From Octopus vulgaris (Eukaryota): DNA of 64,000 nucleotides. Below are positions 44,942 to 57,686 of this stretch, piece by piece (position 1 is the stretch's first letter; each line of letters starts with the position of its first letter). Both the position numbers and the translations under genes were made by a program. The stretch covers positions 21,762,001-21,826,000 of the forward strand of contig OX597816.1 in assembly GCA_951406725.2 (NCBI GenBank), in the 5' to 3' direction. The notes beneath the pieces were generated by a model. That model saw only the letters and a program-made list of their open reading frames with translations, searched no databases and was not told the origin of the DNA.

Positions 44942-45689
44942 GGATCTTTTCCTTTGAAACGGCACATGTCAACACAATTTCTAGTTAACCAAACACTTTT
45001 AAACTTCGCATACTGGTAGAATGTGTTTATAAAATATCTTTTTCTTGGCTTTATTGAGAAAATTCTATATGTTGTAACATATTTCAACTTTAATTTTAAG
45101 CATTTCAGCAATTTTAACCAATCGCTGACCTCCATTTAGGGTGAAAACATTTCGTGCTGTATGAATATGTCCCTCGTTTAAGAAACAGATTGGGTTTATT
45201 TACATTTGCGAAGAAAAAAAGATACCCTTCCCCCATCCCTAATCCTAAGCCTAACCCTAACCCTAACTCTAACCATAAATCTAAAGCTAGAAAAAATCCC
45301 ATTGTCCGTAGTGGTGTCGTATGAAATTGTCATCCATAATTATAACCCTAGTATCGATCTATTGCATTTCAATCTATTTTAGAGTTAGGGTTAGGGGGGG
45401 AGGGTATCTTTTTTTCTTCGCAAATGTAAATAAACCCAATCTGTTTCTTAAACGAGGGACATATTCATACAGCACGGAATGTTTTCCCCCCAAATGGAGG
45501 TCAGCGATTGGGTAAAATTGCCGAAATGCTTGAAATTAAAGTGGAAATATGTTACAACCTATAGCATTTTCTCAATAAAGCCAAGAAAAAATCATGTTTT
45601 ATAAACACATTCTACCAGTATACGAAGTTTAAAAGTGTTTGGTTAACTAGAAATTGTGTTGACATGTGCCGTTCAAGAGGAAAAGATAC
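44942..45689. mobile_element. Palindromic (foldback) Merlin-like MITE
   Basis: Two left arms of about 300 bp in inverted orientation; 8-bp TSD GAAACACA. Confidence 0.88.
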
Positions 45690-46111
45690 GAAACACAACC
45701 AAGTTAGAAAATGCTGCCAATGTTTAGAAACGAAAAGAAGAAACTTAATATTATTCAAGTTTGAAAGAAAGGAGTACATGAAGAATTTATAAAAGTGTGC
45801 ATAGGAGATGTTTCTTGTTGTGGATCAGTTTTAGTCTTCCTTTCTGATGATTGTTTAGACAGGAAAAATGTTGAGAGCAGTATTTCAGTGCGATCGACAT
45901 ACACAACGAAGTTTGAAACTTCAAAGATAAACTAAAAACCAGTTGTGTACTGGGATTGATCTAATCGACTGGCCCCACTCACCCAAAATTTCGTGCATTG
46001 TGCATAGAATACAAGGGATTATTTTAATATATAATATTATTCCACAGAGGTCAAGTTTGCATGTCATGATTTAGGGTTCGATAAAATAAATACCATTTAA
46101 GTAGTGTGTTC

Positions 46112-46541
46112 GGATCTTTTCGGTTTGAACGGCAGTTTTTAACATAATTTCTAGGTAACTAAAAAATTTTAAACTTCGTATACTGGTAGAATGTGTTTAT
46201 AAAACATCTTTTTCTGAGAAAATTCTTTATTGAGAAAATTCTATAGTTTGTCAGATATTTGGTCTTTAATTTCTTGCATTTCGGCAATTTGAACCAATCA
46301 CTGACGACCATTGAGGTAAACAACATTCTGTGCCGTATGAATATGTCCCTCGTTTAAGAAACAGATTGGGTTTAATTACATTTGTGAAGAAAAAAAGATA
46401 CCCTTCCCCCACCCCTAACCCTAACTAACTCTAACCCTAAAATAGATTGAAATGCAATAGATCGATACTAGTGTCATAATTATGGGTGACAATTTCATAT
46501 GACACCGCTAGAAAAAACGGCCGTTCAAACCGAAAACATCC
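46112..46541 (+). mobile_element. Merlin-like MITE with TAACCC repeats
   Basis: TIRs; TSD GT(G/A)TGTTC. Confidence 0.88.
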
Positions 46542-47231
46542 GTATGTTCGAACTGGAAAAAAAAGTATAATAGTCTGAACTTTACAGACTTTAAAAAAAG
46601 AGAGAGAGAAAATAATGGAAATTCGAACCGTTAATGTATAGGTTTCTTTATGTTTTGGTAAACTGTGATAAACAGTTTTCTTTTGCTTTTGTTTAAAAAA
46701 AAAAGAAATTAAGAAAAAACACTGTAAACATTTTTTGTAAAAGTTATAATGATAAGGTAGAGAACAAAGGAAAAAGTCGCAGTTTCGACTCAGAGCAAAC
46801 AAGACATTATCGAAAGGTTTAAGTGTAAAAAGGAATTCACGGTTTCATCTTTCAGCGGGGGCGAGATGACCGTCCCATTTGCATTTCACATATCATCCTT
46901 CCTCTCATCTATCATTTCACATATCATCCTTCATGTGTTTTATGTTCCCGCACGTCTTTTGTATGTCCCCTCTATATTCAGACCTTTTGCTTGTAATAAA
47001 AAGAAAAAGTAGTGGGTTCGATGTAATCAATTTATTTCCTCCCCAAAATTTGCTGGCCTTGTGCACAAATTTGAATCCAATATATAATGATATTTCAATT
47101 GTCATGATTGAGGTAACTAACCTAATCTATAAAAGGTTAAGTCAAGCGTTAGCATGACTTGAAGGAGTGAGATGAAGTCGGTTCGCCCTTTTAAGGGGGC
47201 GGAAGTTTTGGGTGTGCTATATAAATCTGTA

Positions 47232-47388
47232 TTATGTGATTGTGCCTGGTGTTTTGTAGCATTTTTTAAATAAGACCGTAACGAAAGAAGTCTGACTTGT
47301 ACGTTTGTATATGAAATATTTTGAAGAAGGATGAATGTAACCAAATTGGAATATATAAACGGGATTAGGTTTGGACAGTGAGTCAAAA
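47232..47388 (-). other. Inverted copy of 38930-39239 (lacking the SINE) with a 19-bp TSD
   Basis: TGTGCTATATAAATCTGTA at 47213 and 47389. Confidence 0.88.
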
Positions 47389-47494
47389 TGTGCTATATAA
47401 ATCTGTAAGGTTTTATTGCCCGGGCTGCAAAATAAAGGGGCTACTTAGCGCGACTCACATTCTCGCTATGCCGCTAAACACAAATAATATTGAC

Positions 47495-48052
47495 CCCAAA
47501 TTTTGACACCAGGCCAGCAAGTTCGGTGGAGGTGTAAGTTGATTACATCAGTCTCAGTGTTCAACTAGTACTCCTTTTATCTACCTCCAAATGATGAAAG
47601 ATAAAGGCGACCGTAGCAGAATTTGAACTGAGAACGTTAAGACAAACAAAATACCTATTTCTTTACTACCCACAAGGTGCTAAACACAGAGGGGACAATC
47701 AAGGAGAGACAAACGGGTTAAGTCGATTACATCGACCCCAGTGCGTAACTGGTACTTATTTAATCGACCCCGAAAGGATGAAAGGCAAAGTCGACCTCGG
47801 CGGAATTTGAACTCAGAACGTAGCGACAGACGAAATACCGATTTCTTTACTACCCACAAGGGGATAAGCATAGAGGAGACAAACAAGGACAGACAAATGG
47901 ATGAAGTCGATTATATCGACCCCAGTTCGTAACTGGTACTTATATAATCGATCCCGGAAAGATGAAAGGCAAAGTCGGCGGAATTTGAACTCAGAACGTT
48001 GCAGCAGACGAAATACCGCTAAGCATTTCGCCCGTCGTGGAAACGATTCTGC
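47495..48052 (-). mobile_element. SINE family B array (one old unit plus two young units)
   Basis: Tandem family B units. Confidence 0.85.
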
Positions 48053-48731
48053 TTTCCATCTTCCTGAATTATGAGGTAATCTAGTAAAAGCGAGTAAAAG
48101 GTCGGTTTAATTATAATTACCAAAGCGGGGTTATTTTTATCCATTTGTACAAGCAGATTCAACATATGAAATATCGTTCCACTGAGCAATGCTAAGGATT
48201 CGACAACGCATCACAATTGAAGCATTTTGCATAAACAATACATTAAACCACAAAATCGGTACATGATATTCCAATTATATGTATTAGAAGCTAAACATTG
48301 TTGTTCCTTAACACTCAAAACACGACCGTAGGGCATTTCTCAGAGGTACGTCACATAAAACATGGCGATTCTACAATCATTAATGACATTCTGAAATTGA
48401 TATAGCTACCGCATTGTCTAGATCAAGATGCATACAAAGGTTAGTTGGCAATATAAATTATGCTTCTGTGTGAAGAAGTACATTTCAAACTATTCTAGAA
48501 TGCCCTGAAGGGTAAATAATTAATTCCTAAATAATAAAATACCCACGTTCCGTTCTCAGAAGCACTATCTATAGGGAAACGAACAATGAAATTGTAATGT
48601 CGTCTTATTATAGCCATTAGAAAAATAAGTATTTTTATGAAGATAGTGAACGCAAATGAACGCGAATATTATATTTTCAATTTTTGGCACAAGCACAATG
48701 TTTTTGTTTTTTTTCGGGACGGGTTCTAATC

Positions 48732-49225
48732 AATACCTATTTCTTTACTACTCACAATGGAGCTAAACACAGAAGGGACAAACAAGGACAGACAAACGTA
48801 TTAAGTCGATTATATCGACCCCAGTGTGTAACTGGTACATATTTAATCGACCCCGAAAGGATGAAAGGCAAAGTCGACCTCGGTGGAATTCGAACTCAGA
48901 ACGTAGCGGCAGAAGAAATACTGCTAAGCATTTCACCCAGCGTGCAATCGATTCTGACAGCTCACCGCCTTAAGGGTTCTAATCAACACCTATTTCTTTA
49001 TTACCCACAAGGGGCTAACCATAGAAAGGACAAACAAGGACAGGCATAGGTATTAAGTCGATTACATCGACCCCAGTGCGTAACTGCTACTTAATTTATC
49101 GACCCCGAAAGGATGAAAGGCAAAGTCGACCTCGGTGGAATTTGAACTCACAACATAACGACAGACGGAATACGGTTACGCATTTCGCCCGGCGTGCTAA
49201 CGTTTCTGACACCACGCCGCCTTAA
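48732..49225 (-). mobile_element. Two tandem SINE B monomers separated and flanked by GGGTTCTAATC
   Basis: Motif at 48721, 48974 and 49226. Confidence 0.88.
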
Positions 49226-50588
49226 GGGTTCTAATCGATCTAAGTGTTTGATCTGTATTTTATTTTATCGATTTTGAAAGAATAAACGCAAAGCTGACTT
49301 CGGCGAGATTAGAGTTCTAACTGTAAAGATCCGCAAGGGATGCTGCTAAGCATTATGTATGACATACCATTCTGCCAAGTCATCGCATTGCGGTACACAA
49401 AGATGCTTTGAAATTTTAGTACAAAGTCGACAGATTTACGAAAACGCATACGTATATGTATCGTTGATCTCAGAGCTCAATTAGAATTTTTGTTATTGAT
49501 GTCGAAAGGATGACTTGCAAAATCGACTTCAGTGGAATTTTTACCCAGAATAAAAAAAAAAAGCGAAGGAATAGCCAAAAAGTATTTTGTCCGGAGTGCT
49601 AATTCCACTAGAATGAAAACTTTTATATAAAAGTCGGTATTGTTATTCACATTTCTGTTACTTGCATACACATTGCGCCCTCTGAATTCATTCAGAAAAC
49701 ACTACTGATCTATATGTAAATATATACATACATGTGTGTGAAACCACTCATATTTTCTACGTAGCCATGTTTTTAAGTCTTTGTAAGACACGTTTCTTAT
49801 TTTTATGTATAGTCCTTAATGGTGGACAAGATAAATATATATATATATATATATAAATCTATTATTTGCTTGTTTCTTTTACATCGTAGAAGTTAAAGAA
49901 ATAAAAGAATTCACACAATCTTGAGAAACACTGCCTGGAAAATGATACAAAAGAAATATATATTATATATTATATATTTACATAATAAGAAACCAGAAAG
50001 ATACGTAAAAAAAACTATGCTCATTTTGCTAACGTTATCTATAACTATAGCTTATGTAACAATTGCGTTATCTTTTTTTTTTACTGATGTTTCTCTTAAT
50101 TTTGTTATATATTATCTGGACCTGTTGGACTTTTTTATGAATTAGTTTGTGTTTAATGTAGGTAACAGAAGGAAACAGAACAAAACAGAAAATTACAAGG
50201 CAAAGAAGATTATATGTTTTTCTAAATACCATAATAATAGAATATTGTGGCAGTTAAAAAAATATTAATATTATTAGTCATAATAATCATCGTCAATGTA
50301 ATCACTGCCATTATTATTATTGCTGTTATTAATGTTTTTTGGGGCGGATTTGTTCGCACATGCAACAAAAAAATATTTATCAGCATTTCTTCTTGTCTTT
50401 ACGTTCTGAGTTCAAATTCCGCTGATGTCGACTTTTTCTTTTCGGAGTCAATAACGTAAATACAAGCTCTCACTGCGGTCGATGTAACCGACTTATCTCT
50501 TTCTCAAAATAACTAGGCTTGAGCCGAAATTAGATAGAAATAGTATTTGTTGTGGTGGAGTGTCGGTGGTGGTGGTGGTAGAAATGGC

Positions 50589-50959
50589 GTTGGAAGCACT
50601 CCGTCGGTTACGACGACGAGGGTTCCGGTTGATCCGATCAACGGAACAGCTTGCTCGTGAAATTAACGTGTAAGTGGCTGAGCACTCCACAGACACGTGT
50701 ACCCTTAACGTAGTTCTCGGGGATATTCAGCGTGACACAGAGAGTGACAAGGCCGGCCCTTTGAAATACAGGTACAACAGAAACAGGAAGTAAGAGTGAG
50801 AGAAAGTTGTGGTGAAAGAGTACAGCAGGGATCACCACCATCCCTGCCGGAGCCTCGTGGAACTTTAGTTGTTTTCGCTCAATAAACACTCACAACGCCC
50901 GGTCTGGGAATCGAAACCGCGAGTCCGCTGCCATAATCACTGGGCCATTGCGCCTCCAC
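50589..50959 (-). mobile_element. SINE family C, tail type ii
   Basis: Head CACTGGGCCATTGCGCCTCCAC; tail ending GTCGTCGTAACCGACGGAGTGCTTCCAAC on the minus strand. Confidence 0.88.
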
Positions 50960-51299
50960 GGTAGAACTGGTAAGTGTGGTGTTGCTGTTATAGTAGTTGT
51001 TGTTGCCTTCTTCTTCTTCTTCCAATCAGGACCCATGCCATTAGCCACAAAGAATCCTCTTTAATTCGCGTCTACTCTAAGCCACTAAGAATGCGCGTGG
51101 CAACTTGAAGATCCACCACCACACGCGATAGACTGGCGGTTGCACGAGTGCGAAAGCTACTTTGTTCTCCTCATTCCGTAAACGGTGGCTTTTTTAACGG
51201 GTGGAGAGCTCAACCATCCTGGGGTACAGAGGATTTGCAATCTAGACTAGGGTCTGAAAATTTACCACACCGTAGTGGGTTACACCATGTTTCCTCTGC

Positions 51300-51470
51300 T
51301 TTGTGGCAGAAGTAGGAAGAAAAAGTAAGAGAAAGATGTGTTGAAAGAGCCTCATGGGGTTTAGGTGATTTTGCTCAATAAACACTCACAATGCCCGGTC
51401 TGGGAATCGAAACAGCGTTCTTACCACCACGAGTCCGCTGCCCTAACCACTGGGTCATTGCGCCTCCACA
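51300..51470 (-). mobile_element. SINE family C head fragment
   Basis: Homologous to 50790-50959. Confidence 0.8.
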
Positions 51471-51599
51471 GTTAATGTTGTTGCTTCTGCTGCTACTGTG
51501 TATATTCGTTGAGTGGGATTTTATCATATGTAACTATTTTAGAGCCTCATAAAATACCACCTTTTGAAACTTCTCCAACGACACAGCTCTATCCCGCGG

Positions 51600-51866
51600 T
51601 TTAGAGAGCAAACATTTTCCTCAAAATATTCATTGTCCCAAGTATCGCTGCCATCTGAATACTTCCTAAAGAGTTTCGTATTCGCGGTTTTTGTAGCCAG
51701 AATATTACTATTCTTGAGATGATCCCAAGTGCACCGATCACAATAGGGGCCACACACATTTATGAGGTTCTGTGTATTCTCCAACTCCTAAGTCCTGGTA
51801 CTTTCCGACTTTCTCGTCTTCTACCTTTACAATATTTTGGTCTGCAGTTCCAGCTACGTCAATGCA
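51600..51866 (-). pseudogene. R4/Dong-like RLE C-terminal fragment
   Basis: Hand translation CIDVAGTADQNIVKVEDEKVGKYQDLG...APIVIGALG...QMAAILGTMNILRKMFAL*. Confidence 0.8.
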
Positions 51867-52299
51867 GGTTCATCGTTTGGTCTCCTTCGGTAGGGGAGGA
51901 TCCAATTTTCCACTGCATCCCGTGGAATACGTCCGTGTAACTGAGTGTGTACAGCATTGTAGGATTTCGTTTGGATTTGCGTTGTAGGAGTTCAGTCTCT
52001 TCTCGTTCCTCTAAATTATCAATTTGTTTACTTACGGGTGTTCGGTTAGAGTCTTTTGTTGTATAATTTGTTGTCTGATGTGTGGTGTGTGTAATGCGAG
52101 GTGTGTAATTTTGTTGGGTATCCATCCTGTAGATTGCATGTTTTTGAGGTTTGTTTTATTCGATATTTATTTTATTGAGTGTTTCTTGTATTTATAGATT
52201 TTTATATTTGCGTTGTGCTATTGAAGTAATAATGCAGCTGTACTAAACTGGGCTCTATGCATCAGTTCAGATATTTCCTCTATCCATCAGTTCAGATAT

Positions 52300-53330
52300 T
52301 TAGAGATAGTTCACAATGCACGTTCCATAGTCTCTGTAATTCAATACCTAGGTCCTGGTACTTTGCTATGTTTTCTATACTTCTCATATTAAGTTTTTTT
52401 TTTATCATTTGGGACTGTAAAGAAAAACTTTCTATTCGCTTTGTCTACTACTACCAAATCAGGCCTTCTAGGTTCTATTACTCTGTCAGTCTAAATGTTA
52501 AAGTCCCACAAAATCTTGTACTTCTTACTTTCTAGTACTTTACTAGGTTCATGTTCATACCATTTATCAGTATGTTTAAATCCTAGCTTTCTACATAGCT
52601 TCCAGTGGATTGCTCACCCTAGATTGTCATGTCTTTCCTATATATTCTTTCTGTGCCAGCATGTTACATTTAACTACTATATGAGTAACGCTTTTCTCTG
52701 TTGATTTGCAGAATCTACTTGGATTTTGGATTTTATCCAAATAGTTCTTAATGCTTGATCTTGTGCAGCTACTAACAAACTTTCTTTCTGCCTCCTCAGC
52801 TTTCCCTTCTGCAACCATAACCATGTCTCAATACTACTCTTCACTGAAACTATCTTTGGGAATCTGCTATGCAAAGCCTTCTCCTGCCAGTCAGATAATT
52901 TCTGTTCATTTTCTGTTACGTTCATTTGGTGCTTTGGTTTCCCTATGTCTTGCTGTGACTCTAGCAGCTCTTAATAAACTTTCTTCCTTATTACGTACAT
53001 AGGAGTCTATATCTACTATATTTACCTCCACAGTCTTCTACTGACATTAACTCACCTTCCTTTCTAGATAAATATAATCTTGCTACACCTGTTCTTGAGT
53101 GGAGTCATTCACCCATATTGAATTCCTTCCTAGTTCTTCTATTTAGCTTTGCTAATTCGGTTTTTGTCCAATCTACAAAAGCTGCTGAGTACCTAAGTAA
53201 TGATTCGGCCCAAGTATTTACAGTCTTCACTAGATTCGGACCATTTAGCATTGACTTCATTAGTTTCCTCACATTCCTGATGTGCACCTCCTCAATTTGC
53301 GTTTCCATTTCTGCACTTAGTACTCTGTCC
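52300..53330 (-). pseudogene. Degraded R4/Dong-like RT C-terminus, CCHC and RLE region (older subfamily)
   Basis: LNGPNLVKTVNTWA..LRYS..DW, WQEKALH, LLVAAQDQAL, THIVVKC, ILWDF, RRPDL, AKYQDL across broken frames. Confidence 0.82.
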
Positions 53331-53375
53331 TCCTTTCAATGATTTTAGTGTCTGGCCATCTGGTAAATGGATGCC

Positions 53376-53417
<42 letters not shown>

Positions 53418-53438
<21 letters not shown>

Positions 53439-53928
53439 TATGTTTGACTTTTGCTTTATGTTTGTACAAGTTGGCTCCAAGTCTCACCCAGAAACCTCAA
53501 GAGACAACAGGTTGGAAGTTCACGTTGTTGTTTTGCCTAGGGTGCCATATATTTGGGGTTTTTTCCCCTTTCCTTTTTCTTTTTGGTGTTGTACTAGTGA
53601 ATGTCTAATAAATAAATTTTTTTTAAAAGTTTGTTTTAAACCTTGGGATTACATAGAGAGTATTTTGCGTAGGATATGAGCAGTTCCCATGAGCACTATC
53701 TTTTGAATTTCTGCCATTTTGGGGTTTCCTGGTATCTGAGTTAGGTAGCAATCAGCCCCTTTCGCTATCATTCCCAGAACACCTATGACAACGGGTATTG
53801 TTTTAGTCTTCAGGTTCCACATTTTGCTGATTTCTATTTCAAGATCTTTATATTTGCTCAGTTTTTGGTAGGTCTTGACAGATACGTTTATATCGATTGG
53901 GACAGTCATATCAATGAGGAGGCATGTT

Positions 53929-53930
<2 letters not shown>
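53418..53930 (-). mobile_element. 5'-truncated young R4/Dong copy in (TAA)n/(GAA)n
   Basis: ORF 53649-53909 nearly identical to the C-terminus of 57916-60087; same 3' UTR ending GTCAAACATAG(AAT)n. Confidence 0.93.
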
Positions 53931-53959
<29 letters not shown>

Positions 53960-53962
53960 TTC

Positions 53963-54023
<61 letters not shown>

Positions 54024-54376
54024 TTTGGTAGTTTCAGGAATTTTCTACTGCATCATCTGCCACACCTCCGCTTTCCTGTGCTTTGTACATCATTTGTTTG
54101 GCGTACAGGGGGATAGTGTAAACACTTCCCGGTATTGTATTGCGCCAGTTTCTTTTTTTATGGCCTCTGGTGCAGTTTCTTGTGGCATTAGTGTTTGTAT
54201 TATTGAGGGAGCAGCGTTATGAGTTCAAATTCTGTCGACGTTAACTTTTCTTTCATCCCTTTGGGGTTCGATTAAGTAAGTTCCAGTTACGTACTGGGGT
54301 CGATGTAATCGACTTACCCACTTCCCCAGAATTTCAGGTCTTGTACCTATAATAGAAAGGATTATTATTATTATTA

Positions 54377-54437
<61 letters not shown>

Positions 54438-54618
54438 CATCATTATCATCATTATTATTATTATTGTTATTATTATTATTATTATCATTATTATTATTAT
54501 TGTTATTATTATTATTATTTATTATTATTATGGATATTATTATTATCATTATTTTTGTTGTTACCAGTAGTAGTGGTGGTGGTGGTGGTGGTGGTGTTAT
54601 TATTATTATTATTATTAT

Positions 54619-54654
<36 letters not shown>

Positions 54655-54668
54655 CAGCAGCAGCAGCA

Positions 54669-54723
<55 letters not shown>

Positions 54724-55520
54724 CAGCAGCAGCAGTAGCAGCAGCAGCAGTAGTAGTAGTAGGTAGTAGTAGTAGAATTATTACCTTAGGAATGTATTTT
54801 GTGAGTGAAACTGTTTCCAGGTGGGAAATATATTACTGCATACCCCAAAAAATAGTAAAGGAGAGAAACAGAGATACAGTAAGATAGAGAGAGAGAGAAA
54901 GAGAGAGAGAGAGAGGAGGTGCAAGTGAGTGACAGAGAGAAGGAGTAAGCAATAGAGAAGAGGAAAAGAGGAGGGGAGAGAAAGAAAAAAACGATAAAAT
55001 ATCCATAATCCTAAAGAAAAGACTAAGTGTATATGTGTGGTTATATGCGTCCATTTGTACATATTTTCACATGTGTACTTGTTTACTTGTAAGCATGCGC
55101 ATGCGGAAAGGAGAGAAAGCAACGGATGGAAAGACGGAGAGAAGAAGAGAAGGAGGAGTGGAGTTACGGTGAAAGCTCCGTTGCTTGTTTGTATTGATTG
55201 AAAGCAGAAAACGCACAAAGACGAAAGGCAAATGTGGCAACATTCGGCTTTGATATTGCATGGCTGGCATGAGAGGTAATATATTAACGTAGTATCATTC
55301 GAGTATGAAACCATGTAATATTCTAATAAAGGGAGGTGGGAAAGAAATCGATGATAACCGGTGGTGGTGACGATGACGATGATGATGATGACGACGATGA
55401 TGATGATGATGATGTTGATGATGACGTTGATGTTTATGATGATGATGATGATGGTTGTGGTGGTTGTGGTGGTTGTGGTGGGGATGATGACAGTGGTGGT
55501 GGTGGTGGTGACGATGATGG

Positions 55521-55559
<39 letters not shown>

Positions 55560-55694
55560 GTAACTAATAACAATAAGAACAACAGTAACAACAACAACAA
55601 TAATAATAATTATCATTATTATTATTATTGTTATTATTATAGTAATTGTAATAACTATACACAACAGCAGCAACAACAACAACAACAACAACAA

Positions 55695-55729
<35 letters not shown>

Positions 55730-55753
55730 ATAATAATAATAATAATAATAATA

Positions 55754-55800
<47 letters not shown>

Positions 55801-55995
55801 GGATTTTGTGAAAGCAGAAATACAGTTATCTGCTGACATAAGATACACAATCTGAAATGCGTTGATCTGCAGTCGACACATTATTATTATCATTAGCATA
55901 CCATTATCACTTTTAATATATAATTCTTCTTCTGCTTCTTCTTCTTCTTCTTCTTCTTCTTCTTCTTCTTCTTCTTCTTCTTCTTCTTCTTCTTC

Positions 55996-56048
<53 letters not shown>

Positions 56049-56281
56049 TACTAATACGCTCAGGCCAGATGCGTTTCACTGTCACGTGGTTTGTTGAAGA
56101 GAAAGGCGAAGAGCGAGAGAAAAAGGAGAGAGAGTTACGTGTTAACGACGTTATTATGCTAAGACGGGATGGATGACGCTGTCGCGTTGTTAGTTCAATG
56201 TTGAGGTGAAGAGAAAATGAGGGAGGTATTGTTAGTTATTCTTCTTCTTTTCTTATAATTATAATAATAATAATAATAATA

Positions 56282-56326
<45 letters not shown>

Positions 56327-56585
56327 GTTGTTGTTGTTGTTGTTGTTAAGGAGACGAGCTGGCTGAAACGTTAGCACGCCGGGCGAAATGCTTAGCAATA
56401 TTTCGTCTGTCACTAGGTTCTGAGTTCAAATTCCACCGAAGTCGACTTTGCATTTCATCCTATTGGGATCGATCAATTAAGCACCAGTTACGCCCTCAGG
56501 TAGATTCAATCGACTGCCCTTCTCCCAAATTTGAGGTCTTGTGCTTACAGTAGAAAGATTATTATTATTATTGTTATTATTATTA

Positions 56586-56678
<93 letters not shown>

Positions 56679-56680
56679 TC
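53930..56680. repeat. Dense trinucleotide microsatellite zone (TTA, TAG, TTC, GAT, GGT, CAA) with SINE B remnants
   Basis: Direct reading; homopolymer-peptide ORFs are artefacts. Confidence 0.92.
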
Positions 56681-56743
56681 ATAAAGCCCATAAAGCGATA
56701 AGCTAGGAGGGTTGTTAGCATGCAGTTCTAAGTTCAAGTCCAT

Positions 56744-56888
56744 CCGGTTTCCTGGTTTCTATGGCGTATGTGTTCCCCAGTAGGATGGGACGCCAATCCA
56801 TCGCACCGTTACTCAATTTTGCCAGCTGAGTGGACTGAAGCAACGTGGAATGAAGTGCTTTGCTGGAGAACACAACGCGTCACCCGGT
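56744..56888 (-). other. Exact 145-bp copy of the internal part of the SINE C at 63363-63507
   Basis: Identical by eye; bounded by CCGGT at both ends. Confidence 0.88.
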
Positions 56889-57496
56889 TAAATAAGTACC
56901 ATTTGAGTTCAAAATCAATGTAATTGACTATACCCCTGCTCCAAAATTTCAGGGTTTGGGCAATTTCCAGAAATTGTTGTATACATCTTATAAGGCATTT
57001 TCTACCTAGAGCCAAATGCTGAAGAACGGTGCACGGATTTCATGGAAACCGATAGTTTATTATTTGCAGAGTTATTGGTGATATAACCGGATATCAATTA
57101 GCTTAAATTACAATACACCAAGACATTTATGGACTAGCAAACTGACTCGCTTTGTAGACACGTTGGCTTAAAAAAAAATTTTTAACATATTTTATTTAAT
57201 CAGATGATCCCATAAGAGATAATAATTTGTAACAATAGATTATCAAGTGCCGCTCATAACCGGCAGTGTATTTTGAATGCCGGATAATTAATTGAAAGAG
57301 CAGCTGTTAATATGAATAGCAAACAATCTTAAATGTCAAGCGAAGTGTCAGTGTTTCTTGCTGTGAATGCCAGGTTCATGGCAAAATTGATCCGTATATT
57401 TACTTAGTTAATAGCACTGAGTGCAAATTCTGTAGCCACAACTTCGACGAGAATGGTATCCACAAATCTGACTTAACTTTAAAACAAAATTGAACC

Positions 57497-57652
57497 ATTA
57501 TTTACATTATTTACATTATTTACATTTGGCCAATATTTGTCCTCATCTTGTTTGTTGTTAACACAAGGTTTCGGCTGATATATCCTCCAGCCTTCATCAG
57601 GTGTATTGGGGAAATTTCTAACCTAGATTCTCATTCTTAAGGTATTTTCGAT
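57497..57652 (-). mobile_element. About 155-bp hammerhead-bearing element adjoining (AAT)n
   Basis: ACAC-CTGATGA-A-GGCTG gaggatatat CAGCC-GAAACCTT|GTGT (57560-57605); inverted paralogue at 62788-62930. Confidence 0.75.
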
Positions 57653-57653
57653 G

Positions 57654-57685
<32 letters not shown>

Positions 57686-57686
<1 letters not shown>

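Noticed and set aside
45230-45285. TAACCC runs as a telomere or chromosome-fusion scar
   Set aside because: Short and always internal to the MITE family
54781-54795. TACCTTAGGAATG match to the 62.8 kb hammerhead element
   Set aside because: Only 13 bp; could be chance
54225-56743. Poly-I/N/L/S/H/D ORFs
   Set aside because: Translations of trinucleotide repeats with no domain content
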